Shown one piece after another: positions 37,724 to 45,117 of a stretch of DNA of 45,117 bases (positions within the stretch are counted from its first letter, which is position 1; every line of letters begins with the position of its first letter). Both the position numbers and the translations under genes were made by a program. The notes under the pieces were generated by a model that searched no databases, was not told the origin of the DNA, and saw only the letters and a program-made list of their open reading frames with translations. This DNA comes from Clostridia bacterium (GTDB taxonomy: Bacteria; Bacillota; Clostridia; Christensenellales; UBA1242), in the NCBI GenBank assembly GCA_900768425.1, contig CAAGCR010000108.1, positions 1-45,117 of the forward strand, given 5' to 3'.

Positions 37724-38629
37724 ATGTATCAATATATTATTGATGACAATACAACTAAAAAAGTAAAAGACAGCACTACAAAAACAAAATCAGTGCTAGA
37801 TAAATTCAGCGATATAGATAAAAAATATACTGTGGGCAACCAAATAGATTCAGATATTTCATTACGAAAAATTGATTATAAAACACCAACACAAGAAGAA
37901 GTGGCAAAAAAGGCAGAAAACAGCCTATTTGACTACAAAACAAGTGGGGTTGATTCAATAAACAATAAATATGACTTGCAAAACTCTTTGGTGGATAAAT
38001 CTATAAAAGATTTAAAAACTAACGAAAAAGAACAAAAGGCAAATATAGAAGATGCATATTCACGTGTTAAAGAAAATGCATCTAACGATGCAATTAAAAG
38101 AGGTCTTGCCCGTTCTTCAATAATTGTAAATAAATTAGAAAATTATGACAATAAAATGTTGAACGATTTGGCAGTTTTGGCTAATAAAACAACTGCAAAA
38201 ATTGACTCGTTAAATACTCAAAAAAATACTTTAACATTAGAAAAACAAAACGCATTAAAAGCCTTTGACCTTGCTTATGCAATTAAACTACAAGACAAAA
38301 TTGATGCTCTTAATGAGGACATAACTAAAAATGAGCAAGCGGCAATAAAATACAACAATCAAATTGCAGAATATGAGGCAAAATGGGAAAGAGAAGTTGA
38401 GCAAGAAAATAATGATAGAGAGATGGCGATGGCTAACTTTATTGCAAAAAACAGTGTATATACCATTAATTCTGTCAAACGTAACGAAAAATATGGCGTT
38501 GCAAAAGAATATCTAAATAGCCTAGATAAACAAACAGCACTTGCCGAACTAACAAGCAATTCGGCATATAAAGAGAACTTAGGCGATACTTTATATGCCC
38601 AACTATTAAAAGAGTTGAACGAAAGATAG
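37724..38629 (+). CDS. Coiled-coil N/K-rich phage-cluster protein, unknown function
   Basis: About 300 aa with long heptad-like helical segments. AAGGGGGA SD. A GTG at 37721 is an alternative start. Confidence 0.5.
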   Translation: MYQYIIDDNTTKKVKDSTTKTKSVLDKFSDIDKKYTVGNQIDSDISLRKIDYKTPTQEEVAKKAENSLFDYKTSGVDSINNKYDLQNSLVDKSIKDLKTNEKEQKANIEDAYSRVKENASNDAIKRGLARSSIIVNKLENYDNKMLNDLAVLANKTTAKIDSLNTQKNTLTLEKQNALKAFDLAYAIKLQDKIDALNEDITKNEQAAIKYNNQIAEYEAKWEREVEQENNDREMAMANFIAKNSVYTINSVKRNEKYGVAKEYLNSLDKQTALAELTSNSAYKENLGDTLYAQLLKELNER

Positions 38630-38811
38630 GATAGTTGGGGAAAATAAGAGTGACAAAATTTTTGAAATTTGGTAGTAAACGAGCATAACTCACCGGCAAT
38701 AAAAAACTTGTTTGCGGTGAAGTATAAATCGTATGCTTAAATTAGGGTTATGTTATGAACAAAACAAATAATAGCCGATATATAAATTCTATTTTTCCCT
38801 AAATAAAAACT

Positions 38812-39054
38812 ATGTGGAACGACATTTTTAATATTGCAATTTCAAATGGCATATTTGCTGCTTTGTTTGTTGCACTTTTAATCTATGAATTAAAAGATTC
38901 GCGAAAACGTGAAGCGAAATATCAAAACACAATAGACAATTTATCTAACAAACTGAATACTGTTGACGAAATAAAACAAGATGTAACAGAAATTAAAGAG
39001 TGTTTGAAGAAAACACCAAGGAGAAAAAATGAAAAAACTGATAAAGTCGTATAG
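38812..39054 (+). CDS. BhlA/UviB-family holin-like protein
   Basis: The N-terminal TM segment ISNGIFAALFVALLIY followed by KDSRKREAKY closely parallels Bacillus BhlA (QGPFAVLFCWLLFYVMKTSKERESKLY). Confidence 0.75.
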   Translation: MWNDIFNIAISNGIFAALFVALLIYELKDSRKREAKYQNTIDNLSNKLNTVDEIKQDVTEIKECLKKTPRRKNEKTDKVV

Positions 39055-39334
39055 ATTTTGGACTGCACTTGCCGGCTCGGCTGGTTTGTTGGTAGTAAGT
39101 ACCGCCAAAATATTTGGTGTAACCATATCAAGTACTGCCGTAGAAGATTTTATTATGGCAATATGTGGTGTTTTAGTAGTTTTAGGTATCGTCAAAAAAC
39201 CTAAAAGTAAAGAAAAAGATAATTCTGTAAAAGATGATAAATCTGACACCGAAGAAATGGGAAAAGATGTAAAGGATGAGTTTTTAGAAAAATTAAAAGA
39301 TGAAAATAAAGAACAAAATCTTAAATCCAAATAA
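39029..39334 (+). CDS. phi LC3-type phage holin
   Basis: Pattern ..FWTALAGSAGLLV.....FG........I.AICGVLVVLGIVKKP with a charged tail. AAGGAG SD. It overlaps the upstream holin gene by 26 nt. Confidence 0.65.
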   Translation: MKKLIKSYRFWTALAGSAGLLVVSTAKIFGVTISSTAVEDFIMAICGVLVVLGIVKKPKSKEKDNSVKDDKSDTEEMGKDVKDEFLEKLKDENKEQNLKSK

Positions 39335-39597
39335 TATAGATAAGCGACACCATCGGAAGTAAAATTTTGCCATAAAGCAAAATTTTTGAAATTGTTATCA
39401 CAATTTCGTTTGATAAATCAAACACTTCCTAGCAAAGCTATCAGTATTTATCAAATTGCACAATTAATGTGCATAGTAAACATTCCGTAAATCGGATTAA
39501 AAACAAACACAAGTTTAATGACAAAAGTTTAAAATAGTTAAATTTTTAACATTTGTATAAAAAACTTGTGTTTTTTTTTGTACAAATCAATTTTTTG

Positions 39598-39626
39598 TTG
39601 AAATAATATAATATATATAGTATAAT
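39598..39626 (+). promoter_or_regulatory. Promoter TTGAAA-17-TATAAT
   Basis: A perfect -10 with a 17-nt spacer, upstream of the GLUG-protein gene. It is preceded by a hairpin plus T-run around 39514-39590. Confidence 0.6.
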
Positions 39627-39709
39627 ATTTATGAAGAAAAGTATAAGCATTAGCCTACTATGATTTATTTCTTCACACTTTTTGGGAGATATAAAAGGAG
39701 GGCAGAATT

Positions 39710-41533
39710 ATGGATATTTTAAAAAATAAATCTAATTTTTTAAAAACATCAGCAATCGTACTTACTTTTGCCGTATTGTTTCAGTTCTTAATTTTTGGAA
39801 TTAGTAAACCTACAAATCACTACTCCCGTCCAGTTGATGCTATCGCGTTTTCATTATCAACATCAGAAGGTAAATACTTGATCAAGGATGCCTACGATTT
39901 AGAATCATTTAGAAAATCTGTCAATTCTGGCGAGTATACTTCAAATAAAACTTTCGTGCTAACCGCTCCAATTTCTGTTGCGAGTAGCTTTGTTAGTATA
40001 GGTACAGCACAATATCCATTTAGAGGAACATTTGATAGTGCTGGCATATATTGTAAAATTACAAACTTAAAAAAACCTTTATTTGGTTATACCAATGGTG
40101 CAACCATTCAAAATATCGAAATAGAGTCTGGCACAATTAGTTATAGTTCAAATTATGTCGGTAGTGTTGTCGGAAATGCAGTAAACACCAATGTTTATAG
40201 ATGTTATAATGGTGCATCAGTCACTAACACGCAAACCTCTGGAAACGCATATGTGGGAGGAATTGTTGGTTATATCAATGGCGGAAGCGTTAGAGAATGT
40301 ACAAACGCAGGCGATGTAAACAATTCAAGCAATAAAGTTGATAAAGCATATGCTGGTGGAATTTTCGGTTTTGCTGAACCAAATGTCGGAATTTCAGATT
40401 GTGTTGTTTATAACTCAAATAATAAGATTAAAATATCCGCAAATGCCAAAGTGACCGAAAATACAACCACTGTTAGGTCAACCAATGATAGCGTATATTA
40501 TTCAAGACTAGAAACGGTAAACCAAGCCGCACAAGAGGCCTTAAATAAAGCGAAAGCAGTCTTGGCAAGTAAAGAAAATGAACAAAATGCATTAAGAAGA
40601 GAAATAAATAATGCCCATGCATGGATAGCGGATAGAAATGCATATATTGCAAGAAGAACACGAGAGGCAAACGATAGTTTTCTTGGTGCTAAGTGGACAT
40701 ACATAGGGCCGGAAATAGCAGGCATTTATGCTGCGATAGGTGCAAGATATACAGAAATAGGTGCTTTAGAGACAGCGCTAAAAATTGCAGAAGGTGCTGT
40801 ATGGGTAGCAAAAGGTGCTGTTGATTTAGCACTTAAAACTGCCAGCAAATCAGTATACGATATGCAATGGGTAAATGCTTATAACAACTGTACAAAAACA
40901 GCAAAAACACAATATGCCTATGCTTATGGCATTGGTTATACCAATGGCTCTGTATATAATTCATATACGGCAAAAGTTAAAACATCTGCCGGAAATGAAA
41001 GCACAACATATAATTTTTACTTAAAATTTTGGGCACAATCAATTAACCAAAACATTATGACATCTAGCGAAGCAATATCTCGTTCGATTACATTCTATAA
41101 CAATGGTTTCTTTGGTCCAGTGTCTAATGGAGATACATATAGTTGTTTCTATTATGAAGACACACCATCTTATAAAAGAGAAATCAAAGTTAATAATGGC
41201 AATAATATGTATAACACAAACAGTTCAATACAAAGCGAACACTCAAATATTGTTAGATTCGGTAAACAAAAACTAATCTTCACCAATAGTGGTGCAACAA
41301 TGTATGTAAGAGTTAATAATAGCACTAATACTGCATTAACTACAATTAATGAATGTAATTATGAAAACTCATTATTGTCATTAAGAGGTTCAACTTGTGG
41401 TTCAAGTCTTACAACATTGACCAACAAAGTTAAAAGTGAATTAAGTTCAAATGTGTGGGGAACAGAATCTTCATTAGAAAATGGCTATCCACATTTAAAA
41501 TATCGTTACTGGCAATATTATGCCGAAGACTAA
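39710..41533 (+). CDS. Signal-anchored GLUG-repeat surface protein with a central helical/hydrophobic segment
   Basis: N-terminal TM helix. GLUG-type repeats (YVGSVVGNAVNTNVYRCYNGASV, YVGGIVGYINGGSVRECTNAGDV, YAGGIFGFAE). C-terminal ENGYPHLKY. Confidence 0.65.
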   Translation: MDILKNKSNFLKTSAIVLTFAVLFQFLIFGISKPTNHYSRPVDAIAFSLSTSEGKYLIKDAYDLESFRKSVNSGEYTSNKTFVLTAPISVASSFVSIGTAQYPFRGTFDSAGIYCKITNLKKPLFGYTNGATIQNIEIESGTISYSSNYVGSVVGNAVNTNVYRCYNGASVTNTQTSGNAYVGGIVGYINGGSVRECTNAGDVNNSSNKVDKAYAGGIFGFAEPNVGISDCVVYNSNNKIKISANAKVTENTTTVRSTNDSVYYSRLETVNQAAQEALNKAKAVLASKENEQNALRREINNAHAWIADRNAYIARRTREANDSFLGAKWTYIGPEIAGIYAAIGARYTEIGALETALKIAEGAVWVAKGAVDLALKTASKSVYDMQWVNAYNNCTKTAKTQYAYAYGIGYTNGSVYNSYTAKVKTSAGNESTTYNFYLKFWAQSINQNIMTSSEAISRSITFYNNGFFGPVSNGDTYSCFYYEDTPSYKREIKVNNGNNMYNTNSSIQSEHSNIVRFGKQKLIFTNSGATMYVRVNNSTNTALTTINECNYENSLLSLRGSTCGSSLTTLTNKVKSELSSNVWGTESSLENGYPHLKYRYWQYYAED

Positions 41534-41557
41534 AACTTTGTACAAGAAACTAAAATT

Positions 41558-41597
41558 AAATCATCTCTGCTAAAAATGCAAGAGATGATTTTTTTGT
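41558..41597 (+). terminator. Rho-independent terminator
   Basis: AAATCATCTCT / AGAGATGATTT stem followed by TTTTTT. Confidence 0.75.
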
Positions 41598-41662
41598 AAT
41601 ACGAACTATTGCTATTGACAATATTTGTGGTTTCGTGATAAACTGCCGATAAAGGAGAAAAT

Positions 41663-41926
41663 ATGTTTGTTGAAAGATTGAATTTGGTTGATGTTGAAAA
41701 AATTTGTAGTAGAGTTTTGGGTAGGGTAAAGCCTTATATTGGGGAAATGCCAAAATCAGTCAAAATTGATAGGTCAACATCATTTGCAGTGAATATTTCT
41801 TGGGAAGATAGTTCGTTTTTGTTCCCGAACAAATATATTATTTCTATTACAGATTTTGACGTAAAATTTTATGGTTTTGAACTTGATGAAAAGGCTGTTG
41901 ACATAACAAAAAAAAGTGTATTTTGA
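41663..41926 (+). CDS. Hypothetical 87-aa protein
   Basis: AAAGGAG SD and a TTGACA-type promoter at 41615. It ends in one of only two TGA stops used by the genes called here, just after an A8 run. Confidence 0.45.
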   Translation: MFVERLNLVDVEKICSRVLGRVKPYIGEMPKSVKIDRSTSFAVNISWEDSSFLFPNKYIISITDFDVKFYGFELDEKAVDITKKSVF

Positions 41927-42230
41927 TTTTATGAAAAATCGTTTTAATAACTATCAAAAAGAGTACGACTCAAACAAAGAAAAGCAAAATGAATATACCA
42001 TTAATATTCGTTAAAGCAATGAAATTTAGTTTAATAACAATAAAAAAATGCACATAATGCTTGCATTTTTTTTATAGGTATGATATTCTTAATAAGTCAT
42101 TGGACAAATTAACACCCGCTTGCAAATTTGCAAAGTGTTGCCAAAACAAAAAGTAATTTAATTACATTAATTTAAGGCAATAAAATGTTTATTTGTATGA
42201 AAAATTAGTGATTGTTCTAATTGCTAAGTC

Positions 42231-42259
42231 TTGCAAATGTATGTTTAATTACTTAATAC
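42231..42259 (+). promoter_or_regulatory. Promoter TTGCAA-17-TAATAC upstream of rpsB
   Basis: The hexamers were read directly, about 60 nt upstream of the rpsB ATG. Confidence 0.4.
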
Positions 42260-42322
42260 TTTGGTTCTTTGCAGAGCATTAAAGCATCGGGGAAGACTAA
42301 AAACAAGGAGGATAAAAAATTT

Positions 42323-43285
42323 ATGTCAGTTATTTCAATGAAACAACTTCTAGAAGCAGGCGTTCATTTTGGTCACCAAACAAGAAAATGGAATCCTAAA
42401 ATGGCAAAATACATTTTCACTGCTAGAAATGATATTCATATCATCAACCTAGAAGAAACATCAAATCTTGTAGACAAAGCATACTCTTTTGTTAGAGATT
42501 CAGTTGCTGCAGGAAAATCTGTTCTATTTGTAGGAACAAAAAAACAAGCGCAAGAAGCTATTAAAGAAGAGGCAGAACGTTGCGGTATGTTCTATGTAAA
42601 CAACCGTTGGTTAGGTGGTTGCCTTACAAACTTTAAAACAATTCGTAAAAGAATTGACCGCCTAAACAAATTAAACCAAATGGAAAAAGTTGGAGAATTT
42701 AATCTTTTACCTAAAAAAGAAGTTGCTATTTTAAGACACGAAATGGAAAAACTAGAAGCAAACCTTGGCGGTATCAAAGAAATGAGAGAACTTCCTGGTG
42801 TTATCTTCTTAGTAGACTCAGCAAAAGAACACATTTGTGTTAAAGAAGCAAAAAATCTTCATATCCCAGTAGTAGGTTTAATTGATACAAACTGCGACCC
42901 AGATGGTATTGATTATGTTATTCCTGGCAACGATGATGCAATTCGTTCAGTTAAACTAATTGCTTCCGCAATGGCAGATGCAGTTATTGAAGCCAGAGAA
43001 GGTGTATCTTTAACTAAAGACAATGCAGAAGAAGACGAAGATATTGATTTGAAAGCAGTTTTAGCAGAAGTTAAACCAACTGCAAAAGAAGCAGAAGATG
43101 GCGAAAAGAAAGCAAAAAAAGCTGTTAAAAAAGTTGCTAAAAAAGAAGAAGTAGCAACACTTCCACTAGAAAACGAAGAAAAACCAGTTGTAGTTGAAGA
43201 AGTTAAGGAAGAAGTTAAAGAAGAAGCCCCTGTTAAAAAAACAAGAGCAAAAAAAGTTAAACAAGACGAAACAAAAGGAGAATAA
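42323..43285 (+). CDS. rpsB: 30S ribosomal protein S2 with a K/E/V-rich C-terminal extension
   Basis: [27 protein letters not shown] is the canonical S2 N-terminus. The AAGGAGG SD precedes the ATG at 42323 rather than the track start at 42269. Confidence 0.92.
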   Translation: MSVISMKQLLEAGVHFGHQTRKWNPKMAKYIFTARNDIHIINLEETSNLVDKAYSFVRDSVAAGKSVLFVGTKKQAQEAIKEEAERCGMFYVNNRWLGGCLTNFKTIRKRIDRLNKLNQMEKVGEFNLLPKKEVAILRHEMEKLEANLGGIKEMRELPGVIFLVDSAKEHICVKEAKNLHIPVVGLIDTNCDPDGIDYVIPGNDDAIRSVKLIASAMADAVIEAREGVSLTKDNAEEDEDIDLKAVLAEVKPTAKEAEDGEKKAKKAVKKVAKKEEVATLPLENEEKPVVVEEVKEEVKEEAPVKKTRAKKVKQDETKGE

Positions 43286-43290
43286 TTTTA

Positions 43291-43938
43291 ATGTTTACCG
43301 CTCAAGATGTTAATAAATTAAGACAAGCCACTGGTGTTGGTATGATGGATTGCAAAAAAGCATTAACTGAAACCAATGGTGACTTTGATAAAGCAGTTGT
43401 ATACCTAAGAGAAAAAGGTATGGCTGCCGCTGCTAAAAAAGCAGACAGAATTGCAGCAGAAGGTGCTGTTACATCATACATCCATATGGGTGGAAAAATT
43501 GGTGTTTTAGTAGAAGTTAACTGCGAAACAGACTTTGTTGCTCGTTCAGATAATTTCCAAGCACTTTGCAAAGATATTGCTATGCAAATTGCAGCATCAA
43601 ATCCTAAATATATCCGCCGTGAAGAAGTTCCAGCAGAAGTTGTTGCAAGCGAAAGAGAAATTGCTTTACAACAAGCAATCAACGAAGGTAAAAAACCTGA
43701 ATTTGCAGACAAAATCGTAAACGGAAGAATTGAAAAATTCTATAAAGAAGTTTGTTTAATGGAACAAGAATTCGTTAAAGACCCATCAAAAGATGTAACT
43801 CAAGTTTTAAACGAAGCAGTTTTACAAATTGGTGAAAAAATCACTGTTCGCCGTTTTGTTCGTTATGAAATGGGTGAAGGTCTTGAAAAACGCCAAGACA
43901 ATTTAGCAGAAGAAGTTGCTAAAATGATGAAAGCGTAA
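43291..43938 (+). CDS. tsf: Elongation factor Ts (short form)
   Basis: UBA-like N-terminus VNKLRQATGVGMMDCKKAL and LVEVNCETDFVA. Confidence 0.92.
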   Translation: MFTAQDVNKLRQATGVGMMDCKKALTETNGDFDKAVVYLREKGMAAAAKKADRIAAEGAVTSYIHMGGKIGVLVEVNCETDFVARSDNFQALCKDIAMQIAASNPKYIRREEVPAEVVASEREIALQQAINEGKKPEFADKIVNGRIEKFYKEVCLMEQEFVKDPSKDVTQVLNEAVLQIGEKITVRRFVRYEMGEGLEKRQDNLAEEVAKMMKA

Positions 43939-44089
43939 TTGTTTTTTGACTTTCTTTTTGAAAAGAAAGTAACAAATAAAAGGTTGGGGGTTGCGATTCC
44001 CCCAAACCCCGCAAACGCCCCTTGGCGAAGAAAATGCTTCGAAGGGTGGTTTGCAAGACTAACAAACAAAACGCAAAACATAACAAAAA

Positions 44090-44129
44090 ACAGACTAAAA
44101 ATTGATAAAATTTTTGGTCTGTTTTTTTT
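44090..44129 (+). terminator. Rho-independent terminator
   Basis: 13-bp stem CAGACTAAAAATT / AATTTTTGGTCTG followed by T8. Confidence 0.75.
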
Positions 44130-44252
44130 AGGAACGCAAGAGCAACGCGAACAATGTGAGTGTTTTCTTTAGGAACGCAAGAACAAGGCGAACAAAGTGA
44201 GTGTTTTCTTTAGGAGAGCAAGAACAACGCGAACAAAGTGAGCGTTTTCTTA
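44130..44252. repeat. Three tandem 41-bp repeats (AGGAACGCAAGAGCAACGCGAACAATGTGAGTGTTTTCTTT-like)
   Basis: The units are 44130-44170, 44171-44211 and 44212-44252, and they differ at a few positions. The last unit ends on the stop codon of the minus-strand XRE gene. Confidence 0.9.
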
Positions 44253-44555
44253 TTTATCTTGCATACCTGATATAAAATCGTTAACACGCTGAATTTGCCT
44301 ATCGTCTAAAGCAATTATTTTTATAATTAAGTCTTTTTTGTCTTCTGGGATATATCCAATATTGTTATTAAATGGTCTTTCACAAAGATAGTCCAAACTA
44401 ACACCTAAATAGTTGGCAAGTTTAACCAAGGCTTCAATGCTTTGGTTGTTTTCGCCATTCTCGTAATTTGAAATTGTTTTTTGCGATACTTTTGCAACAT
44501 CTGCAAGCTCTTTTTGTGATAAGTTTGAGTATAATCTTAGTTCTTTAAGTTTCAT
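44250..44555 (-). CDS. XRE-family helix-turn-helix transcriptional regulator
   Basis: LRLYSNLSQKELADVAKVSQKTISNYENGEN is a classic HTH_3 motif. The ATG at 44555 with an AGGAG SD is preferred over the track start at 44621. Confidence 0.85.
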   Translation of the reverse strand: MKLKELRLYSNLSQKELADVAKVSQKTISNYENGENNQSIEALVKLANYLGVSLDYLCERPFNNNIGYIPEDKKDLIIKIIALDDRQIQRVNDFISGMQDK

Positions 44556-44646
44556 TCGCACTCCTAAATGTATTTTAGGAAGAATAAACACAACTAGCAA
44601 TATTTTTCTAAAAAATAACATAAAAGATAAAAAACTACTAAAATGT

Positions 44647-44675
44647 TTGACTTATTAGTAATAAATTACTAAAAT
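44647..44675 (+). promoter_or_regulatory. Promoter TTGACT-17-TAAAAT flanked by a direct repeat TACTAAAAT
   Basis: The hexamers were read directly. The repeat TACTAAAAT occurs at about 44636 and 44667 and could be an operator for the divergent XRE regulator. Confidence 0.55.
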
Positions 44676-44729
44676 ATTAACAAAGAATAATAATTAAGTT
44701 AAATTATTCCAAAAAATAAAGGAGAAAAT

Positions 44730-45116
44730 ATGAAAAAAAGAAAATTTAACATTTTGCTAAATATTGCAGTGCTATGTATGTGTATTTGCGCAATAGCCAT
44801 AGGTGTATATTCAGCAAAAACCGCTAGTCTTAATGTAAGCGGTACAATAGGTTTTACGGCTCATAACTGCAAGGTTAGAGTATTAGGCAAAATTACAGGT
44901 GCAGTTGATAAAGACAATGTTGCAATAACAAGTAACACATCTACCGCAACAATTAACTATACTGATCCAAATGATACAACGAAAGGTAAACTAATTGACG
45001 GCACAGCAGAGACTTGGAATTTTGGAAATATATTTTTTGACGATTTAAACACCGATAAAGATCATGAAGTAAACGATATTGTCTTTACATTTACAATAAC
45101 CAACGAGTCCGCCTTC
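44730..45116 (+). CDS. Secreted or signal-anchored protein, 3'-truncated by the window end
   Basis: AAAGGAG SD. MKKRKFNILLNIAVLCMCICAIAIGVYSAKTASLNVSGT is a signal-peptide-like N-terminus, vaguely reminiscent of TasA/camelysin-type signals. Confidence 0.55.
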   Translation, partial: MKKRKFNILLNIAVLCMCICAIAIGVYSAKTASLNVSGTIGFTAHNCKVRVLGKITGAVDKDNVAITSNTSTATINYTDPNDTTKGKLIDGTAETWNFGNIFFDDLNTDKDHEVNDIVFTFTITNESAF

Positions 45117-45117
45117 G

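Larger units (their letters stand above)
30136..39334 (+). mobile_element. Phage-derived structural gene cluster (podovirus-like order), lacking large terminase, integrase, replication and lysin genes
   Basis: Co-oriented genes: TerS-like, portal, scaffold, major capsid, adaptor-like, nozzle-like, coiled-coil protein and two holins. Housekeeping genes flank it on both sides. Confidence 0.65.

Noticed and set aside
38654-38669. 16-nt direct repeat CAAAATTTTTGAAATT flanking the holin pair (second copy 39378-39393)
   Set aside because: At this AT content I estimate roughly one exact 16-mer coincidence per 45-kb window by chance. That is not enough to claim a cassette boundary.
43984-44011. GGGGGTTGCGATTCCCCC read as a tRNA T-arm fragment marking a phage or island att site
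   Set aside because: The loop is 8 nt, not the 7-nt TTCGAAT type. No acceptor arm or CCA follows, and no matching direct repeat was found elsewhere in the window.
43939-44172. 77-aa plus-strand ORF after tsf
   Set aside because: It has no SD and spans a hairpin, a GC-rich structured segment, a terminator and the first tandem repeat. It is almost certainly non-coding.

Overview
This is a very AT-rich, Bacillota-like chromosomal window and probably the end of a short-read or metagenome contig: bases 1-18 are an Illumina adapter fused to a truncated IS3-family element. All protein calls come from motifs I recognise by eye; no search or folding program was run.

Most of the window is housekeeping:
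- A carrier-protein-dependent dlt-like acylation operon (dltA-dltC-MBOAT-SGNH/DHHW-like).
- holB-ricT-methyltransferase-rsmI, plus tRNA-Arg(ACG).
- ftsH.
- murE-mraY-murD-ftsW.
- rpsB-tsf.
- Several lineage-specific lipoproteins and secreted proteins.

Three things stand out:
1. A compact phage-derived structural cluster (about 30.1-39.3 kb) sits between ftsW/DIP1984 and rpsB. It has a TerS-like fragment, portal, scaffold, major capsid, putative adaptor and nozzle proteins, and two holins. It has no recognisable large terminase, integrase, repressor, replication genes, tape measure or endolysin, and it contains unusually long non-coding gaps.
2. A mosaic intergenic repeat family occurs in at least three copies: after the dlt operon, between murE and mraY, and between portal and scaffold. 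Its modules are GTGAA-prefixed hairpins, TGATGAATTA-rich arm modules (inverted at both ends in two copies) and a promoter-like TTGTCA core.
3. A perfectly paired 98-nt four-way junction lies just downstream of the capsid gene.

Secondary curiosities:
- A Rho N-terminal-domain protein without an ATPase domain.
- A GLUG-repeat surface protein.
- A 3 x 41-bp tandem repeat with a GC-rich structured region after tsf.
- Two apparently leaderless genes.
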